64,000 nt of DNA from Chrysemys picta bellii. Lineage: Eukaryota. Below the pieces are notes generated by a model. That model was not told the origin of the DNA, ran no database searches, and saw only the letters and a list, made by a program, of their open reading frames with translations. Position numbers and translations under genes: made by a program. Below are positions 47,968-59,500 of this stretch, piece by piece (position 1 is the stretch's first letter; the number at the start of each line of letters is the position of its first letter). The DNA is taken from contig NC_088796.1 in NCBI RefSeq assembly GCF_011386835.1, forward strand, positions 2,790,001 to 2,854,000, written 5' to 3'.

Positions 47968-48807
47968 CGTTGTCACGGACTCACAGATCGTGCCCACTCT
48001 TGGCCCCGTGCAGTCCCTGGGGGGAACCCCCTTCAGTGAGACAACCCTTCTCGGGGATCCACTCTTTCTCGGGGTCAGGCCCCTCCACCTCCTGGAGCTG
48101 CACCTCTCTGAGCCTTAGCACATCTGTTTCTTGCCGTGGGCCCCTTCAGGGAGTCCCCTCGCTCTGGACCCCCAGGCCCTCCACTCCCAGAAGGAATAAT
48201 GCCCCCTGTTCTCTAGCCTAGAGTGACTCTCAGCCAGCGTAAAACAGGAGGGTTTATTGAGCGTCTGAACACAGCACAGGAAACTCTCAGGGCCCTCAGG
48301 CCTGGCCTCCCACAGCACAACACACCCCAGTCTTCCTGCGTCCAGGTGGGCTCTGCCTGCTCCCCCTCTTCAGCCCAGAGCCCCCCTGCTTCCAGCTGGG
48401 CATCTGAGATCACCGGCCCCAAGCCCCACCTCTGTCCATTGGCTTCTCTCCAGGTAAACAGGGTCGCCTGGGCCTCCTCTCCCCTTTTCTGTCCTCTGGC
48501 ACCTCTGGCTGGAACCAGCTGGTCAGGACACCGGGGTCCTCTCCCCGCAGCCCATTGTCCTCCCACTGGCCAGAACCGGCTGCGACTCCTGAGCTGGGCT
48601 TCTCGGTCCCCAGGTCACCAGTCGCTGGGGTCTCCATTCTCCAGGCCATTGGCTGGGGTCCCACGTTCCCTCGCTGGTCCTCTGCAACAACTCCCTCTCC
48701 CATCCCCTCGTGAAACCATGAAACCAGTAACACTCAGGGAAACTGAGGCCCACCCCCTCTGCATGCAAACCATTGGAAAAACCAAGAGAACCCCCCACTT
48801 CGTCACC

Positions 48808-49230
48808 AGCGGATTCACAGAGAGGAGGCAGAGGGATACCTTGGGGGAGTCGCTGAGGGGAGGTGGGGGGATACCTGGGGCGGGGATTCGCTGAGGGGAG
48901 GTGGAGGGACACCTGGGGGGTGGGAGTCGCTGAGGGGAGATGGAGGGACACCTGGGGGGGGAGTTGCTGAGGGGAGGTGGAGGGACACCGGGGGGGGGGA
49001 GTCACTGAGGGGAGATGGAGGGACACCTGGAGGGGGGGAGTCACTGAGGGGAGGTGGAGGGACACCGGGGGCGGGGAGTCACTGAGGGGAGATGGGGGGA
49101 TACCTGGGGAGATTCACTGAGGGGAGGTGGAGGGACACCGCGGGGGAGGAGTCACTGAGGGAAGATGGGGGATACCTGGGGAGATTCACTGAGGGGAGGT
49201 GGAGGGACACTTGGCAGAAATCGCTGAGGG
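48808..49230. repeat. G-rich minisatellite, right half (~12 copies)
   Basis: GGA(G/T)TC(A/G)CTGAGGGGAG(G/A)TGGAGGGACACCTGGGGGG repeats. Confidence 0.9.
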
Positions 49231-50551
49231 GAAGGAGACGTGGGATTCCCCGAGGGCCTAGCTGTGCTGAGGGCATGTTGATGGTGCAGAGGCTGTGGTG
49301 GGCCCGTGACCCCTGCTGGAGATGCTAGACTCGGCCTCAGGGCTGCCAGTCCCTCCTGCCCAGGCACGCTGCCGTGCGGCTACACTAATTTTAGCTCGGT
49401 ACGTGCTCGTGTGGGGATGTCACAGCCACACCCCACTTATACAGCCGACATCCGCACAGGCAGAGTGATGCCCCGGCTGGGCCAGCCCCGTGGATTGTGC
49501 TCCCCAGGAGAGCTGGTGCCAGTTCTTGTGCTCAGTTCCCTCCCTCCTACTAGGGCTGATGGGGCCTGGGAGCGCTGGGGAGGCGGCTGCACTAAGGAGT
49601 AGCACTGTAGAATTCACGCCGCACCCCTCCATTTTTTAGGTGAGGAAGCACAGTGTGACACAGGAGCGTGGGGCAGGACACTCGTTGGTGAGCTGGGGAG
49701 ACACAAGCCACTGAGCAGGGACATGGAAATATCAGGCCGGGGCTAGTGCTTTTCAGGCCAGCTTCCACCTTGTACTTCAGGGCAACTCGCTTATGGGTCT
49801 GATGGCCCCAGCCCCAAACAACCCCCTCAGCAAGCAAAGGAGCAGAAAGACAGGTCCCTGGACAGCCACGGCCCTTCTCTTCCAGGCACCCCTGGGTGAA
49901 GGGAAAACAATCCCTTTCTTGACACGTTTTCAGGACATGACGTGTTTTCTTGCCTCCTTTTGTGCCGTAAGCTCCCGTGGAGCCCGCTCCCGCACCGTGG
50001 GCTGCGGTTTGGATATTATACAAGGCACCCCCGCGTTGGAACCGGGTCTCCGCTCTGCGTCTGCACTGGATTCCCAGCTCAGTCTGCTTTTGTGGGCAGG
50101 AGGAGGTGGCTGAACAGATGGTGGGAGAATCCGTGAAAAGCATCGTGGCTGTTGAGAGAACTCGGAGGGCTGGAGGTGGGGGTCCTGTAGCTAACAACAG
50201 GAGTGGGTTTCATGGATGGGTGCGTGTCTGTATGTGTGTGTATGTGTATGTGCATGTTTGCATGTGCACATCCATGGAGAGGTGTTTCTGCGTGAACGCG
50301 TGCAGAGGGGTGGCCAAAGGAATTTTGCTGTGTCCAGCGATTTGTTACAGGGATGTTCTCTATGGCAGCGTTTTCCCCACTGGCGGAACGGGGGTATGTG
50401 TGGGAGTGTGAACATGTCTGATGGTGTGTGCCTGGTTAGAGAGGGCCTTTCTGAACAGGTCACTGCACGAGGGAATTAACTGCAGAGGCACTGGCCTGAA
50501 CACAGTTTTTCTCACTAGAAGAATGAGTGTGCAGGCGTGAGTGCATGGACA

Positions 50552-50994
50552 TGTGATGAAGTGGGAATTTTACATAATATGTTGTGTTAATAGTGTCCAT
50601 GCCTCAGTTTCCCCTATGTGCTGCCTGGGTAACTAGGGCTCTGGGATCTGGGCCTGACCCAAATGGACCATGCTGTAACTTTCTGTTTTCTAGCTTAACT
50701 AAGGACTTTCTACTGTGTGTCCCAGACAGCTAATACCCCTCCTGCTGTTACCCCACTGGCTGGGAGTCACTGCAGAGTCAGGAGGTGTGTGTGTGGGGGC
50801 ACTGCTCCCTTTGGGGGTGCAAGTCTCCCTCCAGTGTCCAGCTCAGGTGGACGTGCAGCCTGGAGCTCACGGCGTGAAGCAGGGGGGCTGGAGGCCCCAA
50901 GGTTTGGTTCCAGGAGGCCGTGAAGGCGGGTGGCTTATACTAGTGAGAGTGTGACCCTATGGATGCTGAAGGGGTCCTTCCAGGGACTGTTACA
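50552..50994 (+). mobile_element. Short LTR-like element
   Basis: Starts TGTGATGAAGTGGGA, like the TGTGACGAAGTGGG LTRs, and ends GACTGTTACA. TSD ambiguous. Confidence 0.45.
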
Positions 50995-51134
50995 TGTGAT
51001 ACTTGTGTGTGAGGGTGTGGGTTTCTGTGAGTGTATGCGGGGAGAGGGGATTTTGCATTTGGGGCATCAGGAGAAGGTCACAAAGTCAGAGAATTCACCA
51101 CAATGAAATGGTGTTTTTCTATCAGAGGAATGGG

Positions 51135-51210
51135 TGAGTGTGTGTGTGTCAACACGTGTGTACATGCATCTGAGGGAATGTGTGTGTGTGTGTGTGTGTG
51201 TGCCTGTGTC
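51135..51210. repeat. (TG)n microsatellite, imperfect
   Basis: Long TG run at ~51179-51202 with flanking degenerate TG. Similar tracts near 45180-45300, 50220-50270 and 56368-56382. Confidence 0.85.
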
Positions 51211-51802
51211 GAGGGGCTTCCGGAGAAGATTAGTGAATGAGGAGATTCAGCAATAGCTGTATCCCAGTTGCTCCATTGGAGGAAGGTGTTTTTCTGAGCG
51301 CGTGGGTGCTCGTGTGCGTATGTGAGTGGGCGCGTGTTTGCGTGTGCATGTGGGTGGGGAGGGGGCTTCGGGAGATATCTGCCACGTCAGGGAATTCACT
51401 GCAGAGTCTGCCTCGCCTCCACAACGCTCGCTCCCTCGTCTAGTTGGTGCATTGTACAGAGCTGTGTTCTGTAATTTCCGGCTCCCCCGCCCGGATCTCC
51501 TCCCCCGGGGAGAAAAGCTGGACAGCAGCAAACCCTGCCGGATGGATGAAGGACATTCCATCTGCAAGGTGGGGAGCAGGGCAGACTGAAAACGCTCCCC
51601 CTCCCCAGGAATAGTCGTGGCTTGCTTCTTCCCCATCAGAAACGCACCCTGCCAGGCGCTGTCAGTGGTGAAGGGTACAGTATGTCCCAGCATCCCTGCC
51701 TCTCACAGACTGTACAGTCAACAGCTCAGTGAATTATTATAGGCACCGCTGTGAGATCGTGACTGCCGGATGCATAGCCAGGCTTGGGCACTTAAATTGA
51801 AT

Positions 51803-51999
51803 AAAAATTAAATTAATGGAGATATCCTATCTCCTAGAACTGGAAGGGACCTTGAAAGGTCATCAAGTCCAGCCTCCTGCCTTCACTAGCAGGACCAAGT
51901 ACTGATTTTGCCCCAGATCCCTAAGTGGCCCCCTCCAGGATTGAACTCCCAACTCTGGGTTTAGCAGGCCAATGCTCAAACCACTGAGCTATCCCTCCA
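51803..51999 (-). mobile_element. Tortoise Pol III/SINE, second copy
   Basis: Same tRNA-like head as 18059-18248 and a CR1-related tail. Confidence 0.85.
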
Positions 52000-52658
52000 C
52001 ACTTCAACCAGGCCCCACGAGACCTGGGGAAGTGGCTGAACAGGCAGCGGCCGCAGAATAAAGTGCAGTTTGCAGGCAGAAGAGTGCCCCCGTGATTGAC
52101 ATTTTGGGGCTTTCTAACAGATTCTTCGCATCAGCAAAGAGCTGGTTGGGAATTTCCCTTGGGGATGATTTCACAACAGAAAACGCCCGTTTCACACAAT
52201 CACATTTTTCTGGGAGACAAAGTCGATTTTGCTGAAAATATTTGTCTGTTGGGGAAACCAAATGCTGGTGTCCTGGAAGGCGCTTGCCAAGCTCATGCTG
52301 CGTCCACAAGCGGGCAGGTCGAAACGTCCTGTTTCGCGTCTCCTGAGAGAGCGTTTTGCTGGCAACCCCTTCCTGGGAAAAAGTCACATTTTTGACTTTT
52401 CGTCCTAATTCAAGAGGCACATCCCCTCCCCCAAGCCACAAAATTTTCCCAGGATGGGATTTCCATTTTCTGGCCAGCTCTAGTGGCTTGATGAGGCCAG
52501 CGTACCCCGGCAACCAGGCCGTGTTATTCCTGCCTCGTGCGCTCACCCCCCTCACAAAGCTCTGGCCTGCAATCAGAAGTGGCAATCGTGGAGGGGACGG
52601 ACAAGGCAGAGGAGACGCTGGCTCTCGTGTCCGACGGTACAGGAGCAGGACGTGCCTT

Positions 52659-53223
52659 AGAATCATAGAATATCAGGGTTGGAAGGGACCTCAAGAGGTA
52701 TCTAGTCCAACCCCCTGCTCAAAGCAGGACCAATTCCCAGCTAAATCAGCCCAGCCAGGGCTTTGTCAAGCCGGGCCTTCAAAACCTCCAAGGAAGGAGA
52801 CTCCACCACCTCCCTAGGGAACCCATTCCAGTGCTTCACCACCCTTCTAGTGAAATAGTGTTTCCTAATATCCAACCTAGACCTCCCCCACTGCAACTTG
52901 AGACCATTGCTCCTTGTTCTGTCATCTGCCACCACTGAGAACAGCCGAGCTCCATCCTCTTTGGAACCCCCCTTCAGGTAGTTGAAAGCAGCTATCAAAT
53001 CCCCCCCTCACTCTTCTCTTCTGGAGACTAAACAATCCCAGTTCCCTCAGCCTCTCCTCATAAGTCATGTGCTCCAGACCCCTCATCATTTTTGTTGCCC
53101 TCCGCTGGACTCTTTCCAATTTTCCCACATCCTTCTTGTAGTGTGGGGCCCAGAACTGGACACAGTACTCCAGATGAGGCCTCACCAATGTCGAATAAAG
53201 GGGAACGATCACGTTCCTCGATC
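52659..53223 (-). mobile_element. CR1 LINE 3' end (young subfamily)
   Basis: [27 protein letters not shown]...[22 protein letters not shown] on the minus strand. Confidence 0.95.
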
Positions 53224-53357
53224 TTGATTACTGAACTCAGCTGAGCTGACTCTGAAGACACTCCCAGGGGAGCTGGGGAGAAGGGTCCCAGGCTGGCCAG
53301 GAGTCTTGATCAGAGGAGATTTTCTACCCTCTTACGTGACATTTGGCATCTGTAGGC

Positions 53358-53606
53358 GCAATGGTCTCAAGTTGCAGTGGGGGAGGTCTAGGTTGGATAT
53401 TAGGAAACACTATTTCACTAGGAGGGTGGTGAAGCACTGGAATGGGTTCCCTAGGGAGGTGGTGGAATCTCCATCCTTGGAGGTTTTTAAGGCCCGGCTT
53501 GACAAAGCCCTGGCTGGGATGATTTAGTTGGGGATTGGTCCTGCTTTGAGCAGGGGGTTGGACTAGATACCTCCTGAGGTCCCGTCCAACCCTGATATTC
53601 TATGAT
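53358..53606 (+). mobile_element. CR1 LINE 3' end (young subfamily), inverted relative to 52659-53223
   Basis: [29 protein letters not shown] followed by the tail. Confidence 0.95.
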
Positions 53607-54941
53607 ACGGTAGGCTGATTCTATGACCTGCTCATTTTCTGAATGGGTAGGTTTGAATCTCGGAGTTGGAAGGGTTGTAGGTGTGTGAGCTTTAGGAGAT
53701 GAGGCTGAGCTGGCAGTTTTAAAGCGATGGGGTCCAGCACAAGCCACCTGCTGGGCCTGAAATTCACAGAGGCCCCCGCCATGCTGGGCCCAGCACTTGT
53801 TCCGGCCAGGGTGGTCCCCGACAATGCAACACCTGCTGCATTAGTCGTGTCCTGCACAGCACCCGCACATCTCAACATTCCCAGCGTGCCAACCCACCCG
53901 GCACGTGCATTTCTTCCACCACTGTAAGGTACAACACTTACACTACCCATGTCCTGGGCCAAACCAACCCCGTCACCACCAGCTACCTGTACCCACCCCT
54001 GCTGACACGGACTGCATGGCCATCTCTTCTCTAGATCCCCTTCCAGAGGGGCAAGCGGGAGGGGTGAAAGGAACTCCGATGGAGTGTAGGCCCGAGGCGG
54101 GTGGTATACAGGGAAAGCCTGATTGCAAGCTGCCTGGACTTCCCTGAGGATATATAGGGTAAGAAAAGGGACCAGGCCCTAGGGCTATTCTGAGGGGGCA
54201 GGTGCCAGGAGGGAGTTGGGGAGGCTGCATCCCCAGCTGTGTGGGCAACCTCAGCACCGGGTCACCAGACTTTTGGGAGCCTGGGCTGAGGGTTTGCAGA
54301 TCCGCATGGGTAGTTTGCACAGCTCTTGTGCTGGGCTCCGAGCGCGGCGTGTGGCTGAGATGCTGGAGAACAGTGCCTGTCACATGCATTCTCCTGGGGA
54401 CATGGACTCCTACCCAGTAAGAGGTGACCCCGTAAGAGCTGGTTACACTGGGTGACCCCGGGTAGGTGGGGCCCCCCAGCTTGGCTACACGGTGCCCTGC
54501 CGCATCGAAAGGAGTTTTCACTAGTGAATTCAGTGCCAGGACGGAGACCCACCAACTCATCCGTGGATGCTTCACACAGCCTGTCCCTCCCAACCCAGGG
54601 CTGATTCCAGCCAACGAGGCTGAGGTGGATGTGTCTGCGTCCCATTCCCCATTCCATGAGCCGGGCCATCCACCCGCTTGCGGCAGCTCATGGATAGCCA
54701 TGACTCTGCCACGCAGCAGCTGTAGAACGGGCCCAGGGCAAGGCAGTCAATAGGGATCCACCATAAAGGGCAATGGAAAAACCAGCGGTAGCCGGTGCCC
54801 AGAGGTGAGATAGGAGGGACCCAAGCTGGGGTATATGGGGAATCGTACTGGGAACTGCAACCATCTAGACTTGGAGCAACAGATGCCTGCAGGCGCATCT
54901 TAAAGTTTGAAGAGAATGTCTGGCATTTTCTCTCTCCATTA

Positions 54942-55024
54942 GCAGTAGCCGTTGCCATGCGATCGCAGCCGTTGCCATGGCACCGCAGCCGTTGCCATGG
55001 CATTGCAGCCGTTGCCATGCTACG
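54942..55024. repeat. 20-bp tandem repeat x4 containing GTTGCCATG
   Basis: GTTGCCATG at 54951, 54971, 54991 and 55011. Confidence 0.9.
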
Positions 55025-55606
55025 CTGAGTGTGTCAGAACAGGATGTTAGGTTAATGTACTTTCTACTGGTTGAGACCTTCCTACATGTCACCTCATTGA
55101 TCTGGACGGGTGGTCGCAGGCCGGGGGTGCTGCCTGGCAGTTGCTCCGAATGCTAGGCCTTGTGGCTCCCGGAGCCATGTGCTGATGACACCCAGGAAGG
55201 GAGAACTGAGCTGTTGGCAAAAGCATCCCAGGCAAGCCTGCTTGGAGGAGACAGCAGCTCCCCTGCTGCTGGTGATGCCCGGCCGGAGGTGCTGTCCTTG
55301 GCTGGCAAGATCAAAGGATCAAGGCCAGCTGTCGCCCCAGCTCCCTTCTTTTCAGACACATTTAACCTCACCTCCTTTGGCCTTTGATCCGCTTCACGTC
55401 CCTCGGGATTTCAGAGCTGCTCTCCTAAGCGGGGAGCACTTCATTCATACTGCAGAGGTGGGAGGCTGGGCAGTTATGAAGCTCTGGAGTGGGCTAGCCG
55501 CCTTCCCTTCAGGCTAGCGGAGGGAACCATTTAATGCCCCTTTGTTTAACTATAGCCGAAACAACGAAAAAACACCTCCAAGGAGGAGACCATGTGCAAG
55601 CCCAGG

Positions 55607-56560
55607 TAGGGTGACCAGATGTCCCGATTTTATAGGGACAGTCCTGATATTTGGGGCTTTGTCTTATATAGGCGCCTATGTAGATAAATTTCTGATAATT
55701 TTTATATAACTTTACATTGTGCCTTTTTATATAACATTGTGGTGGGTTTACCCACGTGTGACCTCTGTTTTCATGAAACTTTGTATTAAAGCCTCATTTA
55801 AAAACTTTGCATTGCCCTTGGTATAATATTATAGCCCCTAAGGATAGAATAAGATAGAAGAAAAATTTTTTTTTGCTAGCAGTAGAACAAGAGCTCTCTC
55901 CCCCCCCCCCCACTCTTAATCAATTGCCCTATTAAATTAATGAGGTGTAAATGAGCAAGGCATGGAAGGCAGCACCTCCAGACAGCCTCAACTGTTGGAG
56001 AGGGGCTGGGAGCCAGACCCAAGGACAATAAAACGTGTCAAGTGGGCTCATTAAAGACAAGCAGACATACTGACGGCCTCGGGGGTTAGAAGCAAGCACC
56101 TTCTTTTGGAAACACCCTCTTTGCAGCATTGGGACAACACTCAAAAAAAAGCAGCACAAAGAACCAATGAACACAAAAAATTTGCATAAGAGAAAAGCTG
56201 CTATAAAAGTGAGGTGTCTTGCAGAGGACCCCGGGTCTCGTCTTGTCAACATGGGAGCATCGATCCGGATCGGCAGAAGCCCGGCTCCACCCCCTCCTCC
56301 ATCTAACTCACCTGGCCAGTGAAGTTAAGGGGAGCAACTAATTGGTAACAACAAGACGGAATGGGTTTGTGTGTGTGTGTGAGTGTAAGTGTAATATATT
56401 ATATGCATATAATACAGTGTTAATGAATACATGTATTACTAATAAATGTGGCGTTTTGCCTTATTCCCCCTGAAAAGATCCTGTGCAGTACTTTAAGTAC
56501 AACACCTATTACCCCCCACCCCCTGTCCCGATTTTTCATACCTACTGTCTGGTCATCCTA
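55607..56560. mobile_element. hAT MITE, family B, split by a solo LTR
   Basis: TIR halves at 55607 and 56560, perfect 8-bp TSD AGCCCAGG, interrupted at 55679-56504. Confidence 0.9.
55679..56504 (+). mobile_element. Solo LTR (826 bp), 4-bp TSD, ERV1- or Gypsy-like
   Basis: TG...CA termini, TSD CCTA on both sides, AATAAA near 56442. Confidence 0.85.
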
Positions 56561-59500
56561 AGCCCAGGAAGTGGCTGGGCCATGCCGTCCAAGGGGTTCC
56601 CTGGAGGACTGAGAACAAATGCAAGGGCAGGGGATTGGTTAGATTGCGTGGGAGAAGTGGGCGAGAAGCAGCAGGAAGGCAGGCAGACGAGACGGGCAGA
56701 ACAAGCTCTGGGCATGAAGCCCTGAGAAGAAGCCCAGAGAGAGTTTTTGGGCTGAGTGCTGGCTTAAAAGGGCTTGGAACTGCGAGTGAAGAAACTCTCT
56801 CTGGCTGTTTGGTTCCTGCTGTGTTCAGGGAAGGGGACTCTGCACAAAAAACCACCCCACTCCTGCAACAATGGTGCCCCCTAATGAAAACTGCCTCAGG
56901 ACCCCCAAGACTGGCTAACCACTGGAGTCCAAAGGCGGTAACCATACCACCGGACAGCAGCTTGGCCTCCAGATTCCAAATCAGACAAAGCAACCACCTC
57001 TTTCTCTAGCCGTCTGAGATTTCAGACAGACACGGCCCCGGACGAGAGAACGAGAGGGGTCGAAAAGAGCCAAACCAGCTCCACAGATATCGTGTCTGTC
57101 GATGCGGCAGCCGGCTCCCAAGAAGGACGGACTCTCGGCGACTCGTCTCCAGGCCCAGGGCGGGGAAGGGGCCGAGTTAAATCAAACCTGTCGCTGGCAG
57201 TGATGTCCAGCAGCTCCCTCGCTGCACTGAGTCCTCCAGAGAAGTCACAGAAATCGGGGGCTGGGAGGCCAGACGGAGCACGAAGGGGAGGGTCTGGCCT
57301 TGCCCGCCCACAGATGGACTAGATGGAGCATCCGCGCATGGCTGGCTGGCTGCTAGCAGCTGCTGGAACCCTGAAGGTTGGAGTCAATTCACAGAAGTAC
57401 CTGGAGATTTCCAAAGAAATCTCAGTGACCCCTGACACCCTGGTGCCCCGGCCACTGTCCGTGGGGTGCTGTGAGCACGACGAGGGGCTGTGCCGCCACA
57501 CGGCAGGGCGCAGGCATCTGCTGTGATCCCCTCCTGGCGCCATTGTCTGCTCTGTGCACCAGGAAGGCAGGTGACAGCAAAGTCCGGCTCGTCAGCAGAG
57601 TCCGGAAATGGGGAGGGACTGGCAGGAAAGTGGATTCCAGTCGCTCTGGAATGATGATAATAGATCCCAGAGCCACAGGAGTGAAGTGGGCAGGGCTGTT
57701 TGCTCAGCCCGGGCCCGGGGCAGGGCCGAACCCTGGCCTATTGGTGCGATTCCCAATGTTCTGTCCAGCCCAGGCGCGAGGTCCCAGGCAGGGGGCTCCC
57801 AACAGCTCCCTTGCAGGGGACGGGAGTCCAGTCTCATGCACCTGCAGACGGGGAGGTTCGGGGCCCGATTCTCTCTTGCCTGGTACCTGGTGTCGTCATT
57901 TCACACCTGTGCCAAGGGAGTGCCAAGTGGGAGTGAAGTGCTGCCAAACGAGGCGTCTGGAGCTTCCAGTTTCCCTTTATCTGTTCCACCCCCACCCCAC
58001 GCTCCAGCCTGCCGAATTCCTCCCCTGCCTCTCTGTTTACACACTCCATGGCTGCAGCCTGCTAGCATGTCCCCTTCCCCTTAGTCATCGCTTCGCCAGG
58101 CTAGACCGATATAGCTCTTTGCATCTGCTCACAGCTGCTGCTCATCTCGGAATCTCTTGGTGCAGGTGCCCGGAGCTGAACACAAAGGGCCTGATTCTGT
58201 TACACAAACGCCCCTTTACACTGCTCTGGCAACATAAAGGGTCTTCAAGGGCGGTGGAAACAGCCCCCTGCTCCCCACCCCTAGCTGGAGTGGGGTTGGC
58301 AGAAGGGGTGTTGCCAGAGCACACTAGGCTATAGCTGTTCTCCACTTTGCAGGGCCCACGGGGGGGCACAGTTAGCAGAATGTAAGTTAGAGCAGTCCGA
58401 AGGCTGCTCTAAGTTATGGGGGGGGGCCAGGCTGGCCCCTTCATTGCCCCAAATTATCGGGAGCATGAAGATGGCTTAAAGCCACCCCATCCCTGCCTCA
58501 AAGCCAGGGTGAGGATGAACTGACAATCAGGCTCCAGGTGCAGCTAGATCAGAGCCCTGTCCCCTGCCGGCTCTGGTCTGGGAGGCTTCTGTGTGCACAG
58601 GCCCAGCAGTGCACCGGCTTTTCCTGATGGCTACGATCAGACTCTCGAGCCAGCTTGTATGGTCACACGTGCTGGTCTCAGCTGTCCGGCAGAGGACACT
58701 GCCTGCTCACACCCGCTCCAGAGTTGGGGTCAGCAGCTGACACTGACAACATAATGCCCAGCTCTCCTGCCCAGCTCTCCACAGTCCTCGGGGGACGCTG
58801 TACTCCGATACTCTCCAGGAACGCTCGGGGTCAGTGACTGCAGGCGCAGCGGGCTAGGGACCCCGTTCTGCAGCAAGGGATGAGAAGGGCATCCTGCTAA
58901 AAGCGGCATTATCCGGGCACCGGGACTGGCAGGCTACGGAGACGTCTCTGCTGACGACACGACAGGCTGTAGCGTTTTGGGGTAGACGCTTGCGACGGCG
59001 CTGGAGGGGTTCTCCGGTCGGCATAGTTCATCCTGAGAAGGGGAGCTAGGCCGTCTCTTGGGATTTGTCACACCCTGAGCGATGTAGCCGTGCCCAGCTG
59101 GGACCCGCTCTCAGCAGTGCCACGTGCTGGGCACATGCCTGGGCACTCCCTCCTGGCCGCGGGGAGAAGGAGCGTCTCTGCCGCCTCCGCGCCAAGCAAT
59201 AGTCAATGGAACAAGGGGAAAGCCCTTGGGCCCTGGCCTGGTGCAACCCAGCATGCAAAGGCGCTGCCTTGACAGCGCCGGCCCTGCGGCTGCCTGGCCA
59301 CCAGCCCTGCCCTCAGCCTCAGGAATGATCTATGTTATGCCCCGTGCCCTCTTCCCTAATCTCCCCATCCCATTGGGCACCTTCCCCTCGCAATGCAGCC
59401 TGGCCCGGTCCCAGTCAAGGGGGCCGAGGAGATGGAGAGGGGGACAGCGAAGTCATGGACAGCGGAGATTCTGGAAAGCCCTGCCGGGATCACCCCCCTG

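Larger units (their letters stand above)
46603..48807 (-). mobile_element. Internally deleted Gypsy (Gmr1-like) LTR retrotransposon: 5' LTR, PBS, gag, and last ~80 bp of the 3' LTR
   Basis: LTR at 47971-48807, PBS at 47950-47967, gag remnants, LTR stub at 46603-~46690. TSD AGCCG/AGCGG (4/5). Confidence 0.9.

Noticed and set aside
46330-49230. CRISPR-like regularly spaced repeats (also 21505-22860 and 54942-55024)
   Set aside because: Eukaryotic tandem repeats with no unique spacers and no cas genes.
54790-54900. Retroviral env furin site and fusion peptide (RRDPSWGIWGIVLGTATI)
   Set aside because: Flanked by stops, with no CKS-17 or CX6CC motif or TM segment. Too weak to call.
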